From assembly GCF_018069705.1 (NCBI RefSeq), contig NZ_CP072943.1, positions 2,943,945 through 3,007,944 of the forward strand: a DNA stretch of 64,000 bases, in the 5' to 3' direction. A program made the translations under genes and the position numbers. Below the pieces are notes generated by a model, which saw only the letters and a program-made list of their open reading frames with translations, ran no database searches and was not told the origin of the DNA. This document shows positions 1 to 9,694 of the stretch, piece by piece (position 1 is the stretch's first letter; each line of letters starts with the position of its first letter). This DNA comes from Aminithiophilus ramosus. Lineage in GTDB: Bacteria > Synergistota > Synergistia > Synergistales > Aminithiophilaceae.

Positions 1-7
1 GGTCCAG

Positions 8-901
8 ATGGACGCCTCTCCTTTCGATTGGTTCGAGATCGGTGAGCGTTGCACTCTCCACGGCGTGATTGACGATGCCACAGGAGAGGTCCTCGGTCTG
101 TGGATGGCCAGGAATGAGTGCCTCTTCGGCTACTTCCGCGTGCTCCGTCAGATGCTTGATCGCCACGGCGTGCCTCGCGAGCTTTACGCCGACCGCCACA
201 CCATCTTCCTTTCTCCCAAGTCGGAAAAACTGACGATCAAGGAGGAGCTGGAGGACTCGGCGCCTGTAACCCAGTTCGGCCGCGCTCTGGAGGCTCTCGG
301 AACTCGCTATGTCCCTGCAGGGTCTCCCCAGGCGAAGGGGCGGATCGAAAGGCTCTGGGGAACTCTTCAGGATCGTCTCGTCGTCGCCTTCCGACGGGCC
401 GGAGTGAAAACGATCGAAGAGGCCAACGTCCTGCTCGCCGCCTACCCGGGAGAGGTCCATAACCCGAGGTTCGCTCGTCCTCCCGCAGAGGGGGCATCTG
501 CCTTTCTCCCTCCGCCGGACGGCCCCGCTCTCGATCTCCTCCTGACTCGCCAGACCGACCGGAAGGCCTCGGGAGACTCGACGATTTCCCTCGACGGAAA
601 ACAGTACGCCCTGATAGGCCCCCGCAGACGCCCCCTGCTTCTTGCCAGAGGACAGGCGGTCAAGGTCATCGAGAAGCTCGACGGGAAACTCCTGGCTCTT
701 GTCCATGACGGGCTCTACGATCTCGCAGCCGTCGACAAAGAGCCCCCTGCGACTCCCCCGCCTGTCATCGAGACGAAGACAGGCACTCCATGCAAAACGA
801 AGAAGCAGAGGAAGCCGGCGGCAGACCATCCCTGGCGACAGAATCCCGCTCCTCCTGCCGCGGCGGTCGGCTCCGAGCAAGGGACGGGTTCCCCTCCCTA
901 G
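8..901 (+). CDS. DDE transposase (rve/integrase-core superfamily, IS481/ISNCY-like), 5' end cut by window edge
   Basis: ORF translation contains the rve-type catalytic region including YVPAGSPQAKGRIERLWGTLQDRL (conserved K-G-x-x-E-R). The ORF runs off the window start. Confidence 0.6.
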   Translation: MDASPFDWFEIGERCTLHGVIDDATGEVLGLWMARNECLFGYFRVLRQMLDRHGVPRELYADRHTIFLSPKSEKLTIKEELEDSAPVTQFGRALEALGTRYVPAGSPQAKGRIERLWGTLQDRLVVAFRRAGVKTIEEANVLLAAYPGEVHNPRFARPPAEGASAFLPPPDGPALDLLLTRQTDRKASGDSTISLDGKQYALIGPRRRPLLLARGQAVKVIEKLDGKLLALVHDGLYDLAAVDKEPPATPPPVIETKTGTPCKTKKQRKPAADHPWRQNPAPPAAAVGSEQGTGSPP

Positions 902-1115
902 AAGGACCTCCGCCGCGGAGGAAAGCCAAGGCGGGCTGTTGACGGGGGCGATTTCAGCCCCTCGAAAGCGACACTTTCATTGTCCCTCAGACCCTCTTTT
1001 TAGATGACATTTTTAGTGTCCCTTGACAGCCCGAACAGGCGCTTGGCCTCCGAGGAGATTTGGTCTAAAATGATCAGGTCTCTCTCTCGCTTTTTCCTCG
1101 AAAGGAGGCCCTCCC

Positions 1116-2246
1116 ATGGCCGACCGAGCCCTCTCCCTTTTCTTTCTCGTCTTCTTCTCCCTCTACGGAGCGATCAACGTCTACCTCGGCTCCTGGCTTT
1201 TCAGGGCTCTGGCCTCGTCGAGGGGCCTCCGCCCCGCCGGGGCCCTCTTCGTTCTCGTCGCGGCCGCCTACCCCGCAGGGCGTCTCCTGTCGCGGAGCCT
1301 TCCCGGCCCAGCAGGGGCCCTTCTCCGCCTGGGCAATCTCTACCTGGCTTTCATGGCCACGGCCTTCGCCGTCGCCGTCGCCGCAGAGGCGGTCCTTTTC
1401 GCCGCCCGCCTCTTCGGGATCCGCCCCTCGACGGAGGCCCTCCGGCGGGCCGTCCTCTTCGCCTCCCTCCTCGTCGTCGCCGTCACGGCGGCGGGAGCCG
1501 TCGCCGCCCGTTTCCCTCAGGTGCGCGTCATCGATCTCGAACTGCCCCGTCTCGACGGGGCGGGGCGGGAGATGACCGTCGCCTTCGCCTCCGACCTTCA
1601 CGCCGGGACCGTCATCCACAACGCGAGGCTGGCCGCGATGGTGGACCTCATCGCCGGCCTCGACGCCGACCTGATCCTCCTCGGAGGCGATCTCGTCGAC
1701 CGGTCCGTCACGGAGGCCGTCGAAGAGGATCTTTCAGGCGAGCTCGCCCGCCTGAAGGCCCCGCTGGGCGTCTTCTCCGTCGCCGGCAACCACGAGTACT
1801 ACGCCGGCCTCGAGGCCGCGACGGCCCACATCGAGAAGGGAGGCGTCACGGTCCTTCTCGACGAGGCCCGCGCCGTCGCCGACACGGTCCTCGTCGTGGG
1901 ACGCCACGACGTCCAGGCGCCCCGTTTCGGCTTCGACCGCAGACCCCTGGCGGAGCTGACGGCTCCCCTGGGAGGACGCCTGCCCGTCATCGTCGTCGAC
2001 CACACCCCCCGAGACCTGGCCGAGGCCGCCTCGGCGGGCGCGGCCCTTCAGCTTTCGGGCCACACCCACAGGGGACAGCTCTGGCCCTTCAACCTGCTCA
2101 CGGAGGCCCTTTTCGAGATCGCCTACGGCCCGGGGCAAAAGGACGAGACCTGGATCTACGTCTCCAGCGGCCTCGGGACCTGGGGCCCGCCGGTGCGGAC
2201 CAGCGGCCGTCCCGAGGTGATCCTCTTCAGGCTCCGCTTCCGCTAG
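1116..2246 (+). CDS. Membrane-anchored calcineurin-like metallophosphoesterase (YkuE-like)
   Basis: N-terminal hydrophobic helices, then the phosphoesterase motifs GGDLVDR, AGNHEYY and GHTHRGQ. Confidence 0.7.
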   Translation: MADRALSLFFLVFFSLYGAINVYLGSWLFRALASSRGLRPAGALFVLVAAAYPAGRLLSRSLPGPAGALLRLGNLYLAFMATAFAVAVAAEAVLFAARLFGIRPSTEALRRAVLFASLLVVAVTAAGAVAARFPQVRVIDLELPRLDGAGREMTVAFASDLHAGTVIHNARLAAMVDLIAGLDADLILLGGDLVDRSVTEAVEEDLSGELARLKAPLGVFSVAGNHEYYAGLEAATAHIEKGGVTVLLDEARAVADTVLVVGRHDVQAPRFGFDRRPLAELTAPLGGRLPVIVVDHTPRDLAEAASAGAALQLSGHTHRGQLWPFNLLTEALFEIAYGPGQKDETWIYVSSGLGTWGPPVRTSGRPEVILFRLRFR

Positions 2247-2436
2247 AGGCCCCGTCACGGCCTCTTTTCGGTCACCATGAAACGAGCCAGACCGACCTTC
2301 CGTCGACGGGACCGTCTTTTCGCGGCGCCGGTGAACCTCCTCGGCCGCCCCGCAGGAAAGTGCCGGGGAGAATGACGCAAGTGGCCTTGCACGAGGCGAA
2401 GAGAGTGAGTAGAGTTCCCTGGGAGGTGATCCACCG

Positions 2437-4017
2437 ATGAGGGAAAAAAGGAAAACCGGCAGGGGCGAAGGCGCCCTGTGCCTGATGGTCGTGATGCTTC
2501 TCCTTCTGACGGGAAGGGCTCCGGCCGAAGAGGCGTCTCCCGCCGAGGAGGCCTTTTCCTCGGGCAACGCCGCCATGGCGGCCTTTCCCGAGGAGCCCGT
2601 CGTCACCCGCCACCGGGGCACCTTCGGCGGGCGGAGCCTGGCCTATACGGCCACGGCCGGTCTGATGCCCCTTTTCGACGGCCGCAGCGGCGACGAACGG
2701 GGACGGCTCTTCTACGTGGCCTACCAGGCCGAGGGGATCAAGCGCCTCGAGACGCGGCCTATCACCTTCGTCTACAACGGCGGCCCCGGGAGTCCCTCTC
2801 TCTGGCTCCACATGGGCCTTTTGGGACCCAAACGGAGCCCCGTGGCCGACGACGGGCTGGCCCATCCCCGCCCCCCCTACGGCGCCGTCGACAACGGGGA
2901 GAGCCTCCTCGACATCACCGATCTCGTCTTCATCGATCCCGTGGGAACGGGATTCTCCCTGACGACGCCGCCCGGCGACGACGAGGCGGGGCGGGCCTTC
3001 TGGGGCGTCTGGGAAGACGTCGAATGGGTGGCCGAGTTCATCCGCCTCTTCCTGAGCCGCAACGACCGCTGGCAGTCGCCTCTCTTCCTCGTCGGCGAGA
3101 GCTACGGCGGCATGCGCTCCTGCGGTCTCGCCTCCCAGCTTCAGGATCTGGGCATCGAACCGGCGGGCATCGTCCTCGTCGCCCCGGCCGTCAGCTACGG
3201 CGATCTGGAGAGCGACAGCGCCAACGACAGGCCCTACGTCCACGCCCTGCCGACGATGACGGCGGCGGCCTGGGTCCACGGCAGGCTCTCGCCGCCCCTT
3301 CAGGCCCTCTCCCTGGACGAGGCCGTCGAACGGGCCGAACGCTTCGCCTTCGGTCCCTACCGCAATGCCCTCTGGAAAGGCGCCGCCCTCGCCGGGGAGG
3401 AGCGGACCGCCCTCGCCCGGGAACTGGCCGAGCTGACGGGACTTCCCGACCCCTTCTGGCTGAGGTGGAATCTCCGCGTCGACATCGACCGCTTCGCAGG
3501 AGAGCTCCTGGCCGACGAGCGGCGCTTCGTCAGCCTCTACGACAGCCGTCTCTCGGGCCACGGCTCGGAGTACCGCCTCTGGGAGGATCCTCTCATGGCC
3601 CGCGTCGGAACGGCCTTCGTCACGGCCTTTCAGAGCTATCTCCAGCAGGACCTGGAGTATCTGACCGACTGGAGTTACAAGACATCGGGCGACGAGGCCT
3701 TCCACAACTGGAACTGGCTCTCGGGCATGGAAAACGGCTTCAGGGGAAGTCCCAACACGATCCGCGAGCTTGAGCTGGCCATGAGGCGCAACCCCTGGAT
3801 GAAGGTCTTCGTCGCCATGGGGCGTTACGATCTGGTCTGCCCCGTCGACTCCGTCGTCTACAGCCTGAACCGCATCGACGTTCCGGCCGAGACCTTCAGG
3901 AACGTGACCTTCAGGACCTACCCGGCGGGGCACATGATGTATATCCACGAGGAGACCCTCAAGAACCTCAAGAAAGACCTGGCCGTCTTCTACGGAGAGG
4001 CCCTGGGACGCCCTTAG
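2437..4017 (+). CDS. Secreted alpha/beta-hydrolase, serine carboxypeptidase (S10)-like
   Basis: Signal peptide. The motifs NGGPGSPS and GESYGG resemble the S10 GGPGCSS and GESYAG motifs. Confidence 0.45.
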   Translation: MREKRKTGRGEGALCLMVVMLLLLTGRAPAEEASPAEEAFSSGNAAMAAFPEEPVVTRHRGTFGGRSLAYTATAGLMPLFDGRSGDERGRLFYVAYQAEGIKRLETRPITFVYNGGPGSPSLWLHMGLLGPKRSPVADDGLAHPRPPYGAVDNGESLLDITDLVFIDPVGTGFSLTTPPGDDEAGRAFWGVWEDVEWVAEFIRLFLSRNDRWQSPLFLVGESYGGMRSCGLASQLQDLGIEPAGIVLVAPAVSYGDLESDSANDRPYVHALPTMTAAAWVHGRLSPPLQALSLDEAVERAERFAFGPYRNALWKGAALAGEERTALARELAELTGLPDPFWLRWNLRVDIDRFAGELLADERRFVSLYDSRLSGHGSEYRLWEDPLMARVGTAFVTAFQSYLQQDLEYLTDWSYKTSGDEAFHNWNWLSGMENGFRGSPNTIRELELAMRRNPWMKVFVAMGRYDLVCPVDSVVYSLNRIDVPAETFRNVTFRTYPAGHMMYIHEETLKNLKKDLAVFYGEALGRP

Positions 4018-4018
4018 C

Positions 4019-5044
4019 ATGACGCGACGGAGCCTCCTCCTTCTTCCTGTCGTCCTGGCGGCGGCCATCGCCGGGATTCTCCTCTTCCGGGCCCCCGACG
4101 CCGAGGAGCTCCGGGAGCGACGGGTCTTCCTGATGGGAACGACCGTCACGGTCCGGGGTTCCCTCTCCGAACCTCTTCTCGACGAGACGATCGCCCTCCT
4201 GGGCGCCCTCGAAAGGCGCCTCTCGGCCCATCTCGACGACTCCGAGATCGGCCGCGTCAACGCCGATCCCTCGTCGGAACACCCTCTCTCGCCGGAGACG
4301 GCCCAGGTTCTCGCCCGAGCTCTCTATTGGGCCCGACGCAGCGACGGCGCCTTCGATCCCACCGTGCGCCCCCTCACCCTGCTCTGGAACGGCGACGGGA
4401 CACGCCATCGCCCCCCCTCGCCGGAGGCCGTCGCCGAGGCCCGGCGTCACGTCGGCTGGGACCGGGTCCGCCTGGACGGCGATATCCTCCGTCTCGAGCC
4501 CTCGATGGGCCTTGACCTGGGCGGAATCGCCAAGGGGTACGGAGCCGACGAGGCGGTCCGATTCCTGCGCGACAGAGGCGTCACGCGGGCCATCGTCGAC
4601 CTGGGCGGAAACGTCGTCGTCATCGGCGACCGTCCCGGCGGCGGCCCCTGGCGCATCGGCATCCAGGACCCCCAAAAAGAACGAGGCGAGCGCCTGGGCG
4701 TTCTCGAGGGGCGCGACCTTTCCGTCGTCACGTCGGGCAACTACGAGCGCTTCTTCGACTGGGAGGGAAAACGCTGGGGGCACATCGTCGATCCCGCCAC
4801 GGGATGGCCCTCCGAGTCGGACCTCCTGAGCGTCACCGTCGTCTGCGAAGCGTCCCTCGACGGAGACGCCCTGGCGACGGCCCTCTTCGTCCTGGGCCGG
4901 GAAAGGGCCCTATCCCTGAAGGGAGAGCTGGAGAAGGAGGGTTACGCCTTCATCCTCGTCGGCGACGGCCTCGTGACGATCTCCCCCTCGCTGGAGAGCT
5001 CCTTCCGCCTCGAATCGACGGAGTATGACCTTGAAACGCGGTGA
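4019..5044 (+). CDS. apbE: FAD:protein FMN transferase ApbE
   Basis: Signal/lipoprotein-like N-terminus. DLGGIAKGYGADEAV is the hallmark of the ApbE family. Confidence 0.8.
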   Translation: MTRRSLLLLPVVLAAAIAGILLFRAPDAEELRERRVFLMGTTVTVRGSLSEPLLDETIALLGALERRLSAHLDDSEIGRVNADPSSEHPLSPETAQVLARALYWARRSDGAFDPTVRPLTLLWNGDGTRHRPPSPEAVAEARRHVGWDRVRLDGDILRLEPSMGLDLGGIAKGYGADEAVRFLRDRGVTRAIVDLGGNVVVIGDRPGGGPWRIGIQDPQKERGERLGVLEGRDLSVVTSGNYERFFDWEGKRWGHIVDPATGWPSESDLLSVTVVCEASLDGDALATALFVLGRERALSLKGELEKEGYAFILVGDGLVTISPSLESSFRLESTEYDLETR

Positions 5045-5408
5045 CCGGCGGGTCCTCCTCCTCCTGGCGGGACTCCTCCTTCTTTCCCTCCTGCCCCGCC
5101 TTTTCTCCTCCGACGGGGGACCGCGGTGGGCCGTCATCTACGTCGACGGGACGGAGCGTCACCGGCTCGACGTCGATGGCCCCCTCCGGGAGATCGCCAT
5201 CGTCACCGACGACGGACACCGCAGCGTCATCGCCGTCGGCGAAGGCGGGGCCCGATTCGTGGACAGCGACTGCCCGGACAGGCTCTGCATCGCCCGGGGA
5301 CACCTCGACAAAGCGGGCCAGTCGGCCCTCTGCCTCCCCAACAGGATCGAAGTCCGCCTCGAAGGCGCGAAAAACGGAGAGGACGATGTGGACGCCCACT
5401 CCCAGTGA
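5025..5408 (+). CDS. NusG domain II-containing membrane protein (DUF1312-like)
   Basis: N-terminal TM helix. Small beta-rich protein in the typical position between ApbE and a Gx transporter. Overlaps both neighbours, which suggests translational coupling. Confidence 0.5.
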   Translation: MTLKRGDRRVLLLLAGLLLLSLLPRLFSSDGGPRWAVIYVDGTERHRLDVDGPLREIAIVTDDGHRSVIAVGEGGARFVDSDCPDRLCIARGHLDKAGQSALCLPNRIEVRLEGAKNGEDDVDAHSQ

Positions 5409-5919
5409 GCCGTCGCCGACGCGGCGCATCCTGATCGTCGGCCTCCTCAGCGGCCTTTCCCTCGCCCTGGCCCTTCTCGAAAACGCCCTCCCCCTTCCCG
5501 CTCCGGGAGTCAAGCCGGGGCTGGCCAACGCCGTCTCCCTCCTGGCCCTCCTTCTCTACGGCCCCCGAACGGCCTGGTCCGTCCTGGCCGTTCGGCTTCT
5601 TCTTGCCGGGCTCTTCTCGGGCAACCTCTTCGCCCTGGGCTGCAGCGTCGCCGGAGGCATGGCGGCCATGACCGTCATGACGCTGCTTGTCCGAGGGGCC
5701 GCCGGAGAGGTGTCGCCGCCCGTCGTCAGCGCCGCCGGAGCCGTCACCCACAACGGCGCCCAGCTTCTTTTCGTCGTGGCCCTCCTGGGAAGCCGGGCCC
5801 TCCTGGCCTATCTTCCCCTCCTCGTCGTCTCGGGCCTCGCCTCGGGGCTGGCCGTGGGCTTCCTGGCCGAGTGGACCGCGAAGAGGCTCGACCGGATCCG
5901 CAGGGAATCGATGCCGTAA
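5386..5919 (+). CDS. Gx transporter family protein (heptaprenyl diphosphate synthase component I-like, PF07456)
   Basis: Polytopic membrane protein with glycine-rich helices (ALGCSVAGGMAAM). In-frame ATG at 5386 within the longer track ORF. Confidence 0.55.
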   Translation: MWTPTPSEPSPTRRILIVGLLSGLSLALALLENALPLPAPGVKPGLANAVSLLALLLYGPRTAWSVLAVRLLLAGLFSGNLFALGCSVAGGMAAMTVMTLLVRGAAGEVSPPVVSAAGAVTHNGAQLLFVVALLGSRALLAYLPLLVVSGLASGLAVGFLAEWTAKRLDRIRRESMP

Positions 5920-6023
5920 GGTCCTGTCGGGCGAAAGTCCGCTGCCTGGCCGCCACGGCCCCCCGGCAGGCAGCGGTTGCGTCGTCGGCCCCGCCGGGCC
6001 GACGACGGAACGGGCACGACGAC

Positions 6024-6073
6024 AGAAGGAACGCGCAGGTCCGGATTTGCCGCCGGACCTGCGCGTTCCTTCT
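6024..6073. terminator. Hairpin terminator between convergent genes
   Basis: Perfect 21-bp inverted repeat AGAAGGAACGCGCAGGTCCGG / CCGGACCTGCGCGTTCCTTCT, followed by a T-rich tract on the plus strand. Confidence 0.6.
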
Positions 6074-6102
6074 GTTCTCTCGCTTTTGGTCGCCTCCGGC
6101 CT

Positions 6103-6930
6103 CTACGATGCCTTGGGCGTGATCTTTCCGGCCCCGGCAGGCGTGATGAGGATGGCCTTGACGGGGCACTTCTCGACGCACTTGCCGCAGGCGACGCAGA
6201 GGGAACCGTCGATGACGGGGAGGTTGTCCTTCATCACGATGGCCTTGGCCTCGCAGAACTTGGCGCAGAGGCCGCAGCCGATGCACCCCTCGGGACAGAC
6301 CTCCCGCACCTGGGCGCCCCTGTCGGCGTTGTTGCAGGCCAGGCGGACGGGCTGAGAGAGGGGGATCATCTCCAGCACGCCCCGGGGACAGGCCTCGACG
6401 CACTTGCCGCAGCCGACGCAAAGGGCCCGCTCGACGACGACGATGCCGTCGCGGACGGAGAGGGCGCCGAAGGCGCAGGCCGCGATGCAGGTGCCGAAAC
6501 CGAGACAGCTGAAGCTGCAGGCGTTGGGGCCGCCTCCGGGGAGGACGGTGGCCTTGCGACAGTCCCGGATTCCCTGGTAGATGTAGGCCTCGATGCCGCG
6601 GTCGCAGCCGGTGCGGCAGCGGACGGAGGCCACTTTTCTCTCCTCCGCTCCGGCATCGCTGCCCATGAGACGTCCCAGGGCTGCGGCCAGGTCGGGGCCG
6701 CCGATGGGACAGCGGTTGGTGGCCGCCGCCCCGGAGGCGACGTTTTCGGCGTAGATGTCGCAGCCCTCGAAGCCGCAGGCGCCGCAGTTGGCGCCGGGCA
6801 GAAGGGCCCTGACGGCCTCCACCTTGGGATCGACGGGAACGGCGAACTTTTTCGAGGCGAAGGACAGGAGAAGGCCGAAGGCCAGGCCCAGCCCGCCGAG
6901 CGCGATTACCGGGTAAAGGAGGCTCTCCAT
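6103..6930 (-). CDS. rnfB: Rnf complex subunit B (4Fe-4S ferredoxin-type)
   Basis: N-terminal TM helix and CGACGFEGC cysteine cluster, followed by several CxxCxxC ferredoxin motifs. Last gene of the rnf operon. Confidence 0.85.
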   Translation of the reverse strand: MESLLYPVIALGGLGLAFGLLLSFASKKFAVPVDPKVEAVRALLPGANCGACGFEGCDIYAENVASGAAATNRCPIGGPDLAAALGRLMGSDAGAEERKVASVRCRTGCDRGIEAYIYQGIRDCRKATVLPGGGPNACSFSCLGFGTCIAACAFGALSVRDGIVVVERALCVGCGKCVEACPRGVLEMIPLSQPVRLACNNADRGAQVREVCPEGCIGCGLCAKFCEAKAIVMKDNLPVIDGSLCVACGKCVEKCPVKAILITPAGAGKITPKAS

Positions 6931-6949
6931 CGTTCACACTTCCCTTCGA

Positions 6950-7528
6950 CTAGAAGATTCCCTGGAAGCCCATGAAGGCCAGGGCCATGAGCCCCGCCGT
7001 CACCAGCGACAGGGGGAGTCCCCGCAGCGCCTCGTGGACGTCGCGGCTCGATTCGGCCATGCGCTCCCTCAGGCCGGCGAAGAGGACCAGGGCCAGCATG
7101 AAGCCCGCCGCCGTCCCCACGGAGTGGACGAGGGACTCGACGAAGCCGAAACCTTCGCGGACGTTGAGGACGGCCACGCCGAGGACGGCGCAGTTCGTCG
7201 TGATGAGGGGCAGGAAGATCCCGAGCGAGCGGTAGAGGGCGGGCCAGAGCTTCTTCATGACGATCTCGACGAACTGGACGACGGCGGCGATGACGAGGAT
7301 GAAGGCCATCGTCGAGAGGTAGGTGATCCCCAGAGGTTCGAGGATGGCGTAGTAGACGAGCCACGTCACCGACGAGGCCAGGGCGATGACGAAGATGACG
7401 GCCAGTCCCATGCCGCGGGCCGTGCCCATCCGCGACGAGACGCCCAGGAAGGGGCAGACGCCGAGGAAGCGGGCCAGGACGATGTTGTTGACGAACATGG
7501 CGCCGAAGAAGAGTTCGAACCAGTGCAT
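6950..7528 (-). CDS. rnfA: Rnf complex subunit A
   Basis: Polytopic membrane protein of the RnfA/NqrE family. N-terminus [31 protein letters not shown]. Confidence 0.85.
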   Translation of the reverse strand: MHWFELFFGAMFVNNIVLARFLGVCPFLGVSSRMGTARGMGLAVIFVIALASSVTWLVYYAILEPLGITYLSTMAFILVIAAVVQFVEIVMKKLWPALYRSLGIFLPLITTNCAVLGVAVLNVREGFGFVESLVHSVGTAAGFMLALVLFAGLRERMAESSRDVHEALRGLPLSLVTAGLMALAFMGFQGIF

Positions 7529-8205
7529 CAGGCTTCAGCCCCCTTCCCCGCCGAGGGGCAGTTCTCGCCGCAGAGGCTGCAGCTGCCGCAGCCCGTGGGG
7601 GCCACCGATCCCTTGCGGCGAAGCTGGATGACGCGAACGAGGGCCAGGAGGACGCCGAGGGCGATGAAGGCGCCGGGAGCCATGGAGAGGACCAGGGCGG
7701 GCTGGAATCCGGCGGGCAGGAAGGACTTGCCGAAAAGGGTTCCGGCGCCGAGGATCTCGCGGACACTGCCGAGGATCGTCAGGGCGGCGGTGAAGCCCAG
7801 CCCCATGCCGACGGCGTCGCAGAGGGAGGCCAGAAGGCCGTTTTTCGAGGCGTAGGCCTCGGCCCGGCCCAGGATGATGCAGTTGACGACGATGAGGGGG
7901 ATGAAGATCCCCAGGGAGCGGTTGAGCGTCGGAGTCCAGGCCTCCGTGGCGAACTGGACGATGGTGACGAACCCGGCGATGACGACGATGAAGGAGGGGA
8001 TGCGCACCGTGGCCGGGATGAAACGCCGCAGGAGGGAGATGACGGCGTTGGAGCAGAAGAGGACGGCCAGAACGGCCAGTCCCATGCCGAGGCCGTTGGT
8101 GGCGCTCGACGTGACGGCCAGAGTGGGGCACATGCCTATGGCCTGAACGAAGATGGGGTTTTCCTTGACCAGGCCGGCCCAGAGTCTCTCCTGAAGCACC
8201 TTCAC
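7528..8205 (-). CDS. rnfE: Rnf complex subunit E
   Basis: RnfE/NqrD-like membrane protein ([16 protein letters not shown]). Position in the operon. Confidence 0.8.
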   Translation of the reverse strand: MKVLQERLWAGLVKENPIFVQAIGMCPTLAVTSSATNGLGMGLAVLAVLFCSNAVISLLRRFIPATVRIPSFIVVIAGFVTIVQFATEAWTPTLNRSLGIFIPLIVVNCIILGRAEAYASKNGLLASLCDAVGMGLGFTAALTILGSVREILGAGTLFGKSFLPAGFQPALVLSMAPGAFIALGVLLALVRVIQLRRKGSVAPTGCGSCSLCGENCPSAGKGAEA

Positions 8206-8759
8206 GAGACGCCGCCTCCCTTCACCTGACGAAAGACATCAAGAGCCCTGTTGAGGCCGTCGGCGACGGCCCGGGTCGTGATGGTCGCTCCCGAGATGGC
8301 CTCGACCTCGTTGGCCCGGGGCTGCTGTTTCGTGACCTCGACGGGACCGGTCATCCCCTTCAGAGGGTCCCGGAAGGCCTCGCCGGCGGCCTTGGCTCCC
8401 AGGCCCGGCGTCTCGGAGTGGGAGAGGATCTCCACGCCCGTGACGGCGCCGTCGCTGCCGATGCCGACGAGAAGGCGAATCTCGCCGCCGTAGCCGGCCG
8501 TGTCGAGGGTGACGCAGAGCCCCACCGAGTCGCCTCCGGCCAGGGCCTCCTCGACGGAGACGATCCCGGGGAAGTCGCCGTTCTCGACGGGGCGGAAGCT
8601 TTCCGCCGCGGGAAGGGCCCGACGCAGGGCCTCGGCCCTCTCCCTCTCTCTCGTGAGACGGATGGGCTCGGCGGTGAGGTTCTGGACGAAGCCGAGGAGA
8701 AGGCCCGTCAGAGCCGTGACGATGAAAAGAATCCAGGCGGGGCGGAGCGCGTTACCCAC
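8202..8759 (-). CDS. rnfG: Rnf complex subunit G (FMN-binding)
   Basis: N-terminal TM helix. Motif SGATITTRAV is the FMN attachment site typical of RnfG/NqrC. Confidence 0.8.
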   Translation of the reverse strand: MGNALRPAWILFIVTALTGLLLGFVQNLTAEPIRLTRERERAEALRRALPAAESFRPVENGDFPGIVSVEEALAGGDSVGLCVTLDTAGYGGEIRLLVGIGSDGAVTGVEILSHSETPGLGAKAAGEAFRDPLKGMTGPVEVTKQQPRANEVEAISGATITTRAVADGLNRALDVFRQVKGGGVS

Positions 8760-9690
8760 GGCTTGTCACCTCCCCGAAGCGACGGGGTCCGAAGCCTCTG
8801 TCGATGAGGGGCGTCACGAGGTTCATGAGAAGAATGGCGAAGGAGACGCCCTCGGGATAGCTGCCGTAGAGCCTGATGAGGGCCGTCAGAAGGCCGCAGC
8901 CGAAGGCGAAGACGGCCCGGCCCTTGACGGTCATGGGCGACGTGACGTAGTCGGTGGCCATGAAGATGGCGCCGAGGAAGAGGCCGCCGGAGAGAATCTC
9001 GTAGAGGGCGTTGCCCGTGAAGAAACCGTCGCGACCGAGAATCCAGGTGAAGAGGGCCGTCGTGGCGATGTAGACGACGGGAATCTCGGGCGTGATGACG
9101 CGGCGCCAGAGGAGCCAGGCCGCCCCGACGAGGAGGGCCAGAGTCGACGTCTCGCCCAGGCAGCCGCCGACGTGGCCGACGAAGAGGTCCATCATGGAGG
9201 GAAGGGCCTGCCCCCCCTCTTTGAGGATGCCCAGGGCTGTCGCCGACGAGAGGCCGTCGACGGTCCAGGTCGTCATCGCCCCCGGCCAGGAGGCGAGGAG
9301 GAAGGCCCGGGCCGCCAGGGCCGGGTTGACGACGTTCTTGCCCAGGCCGCCGAAGAACTGCTTGACGATGACGACGGCGAAGGCGCCGCCGATGGCGGCC
9401 ATCCAGAGGGGGAAGGTGGGCGGCACGTTGAAGGCCAGCAGGACGCCCGTCAGGGCGGCGCTGCCGTCGCCGATCGTGACGGTCCGCCCCAGCAGCCTCT
9501 GCCAGAGGTACTCCGAGGCGACGGCCGAGGCGGCCGTGACGGCCGTCAGGATCAGGGCTCGGGGGCCGAAGAAGTAGACGGCGGCGGCCAGAGCCGGGAC
9601 AAGGGCGATGAGAACGTCGCCCATGACGGTCCGCACCGACGAATTGGCGTGGACGTGGGGCGACGCGGAGACGACCAGTTTTTCACTCAC
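8752..9690 (-). CDS. rnfD: Rnf complex subunit D
   Basis: RnfD/NqrB family polytopic membrane protein. Operon position. Confidence 0.85.
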   Translation of the reverse strand: MSEKLVVSASPHVHANSSVRTVMGDVLIALVPALAAAVYFFGPRALILTAVTAASAVASEYLWQRLLGRTVTIGDGSAALTGVLLAFNVPPTFPLWMAAIGGAFAVVIVKQFFGGLGKNVVNPALAARAFLLASWPGAMTTWTVDGLSSATALGILKEGGQALPSMMDLFVGHVGGCLGETSTLALLVGAAWLLWRRVITPEIPVVYIATTALFTWILGRDGFFTGNALYEILSGGLFLGAIFMATDYVTSPMTVKGRAVFAFGCGLLTALIRLYGSYPEGVSFAILLMNLVTPLIDRGFGPRRFGEVTSRG

Positions 9691-9694
9691 GGCT

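Noticed and set aside
1004-4260. Several long Arg/Pro-rich ORFs (1004-2440 plus, 1734-2621 minus, 2272-4260 minus, 2478-3773 plus)
   Set aside because: Overlap and lie out of frame with the metallophosphoesterase and S10-like genes. Amino-acid composition is the signature of wrong-frame translation in about 68 percent GC DNA.
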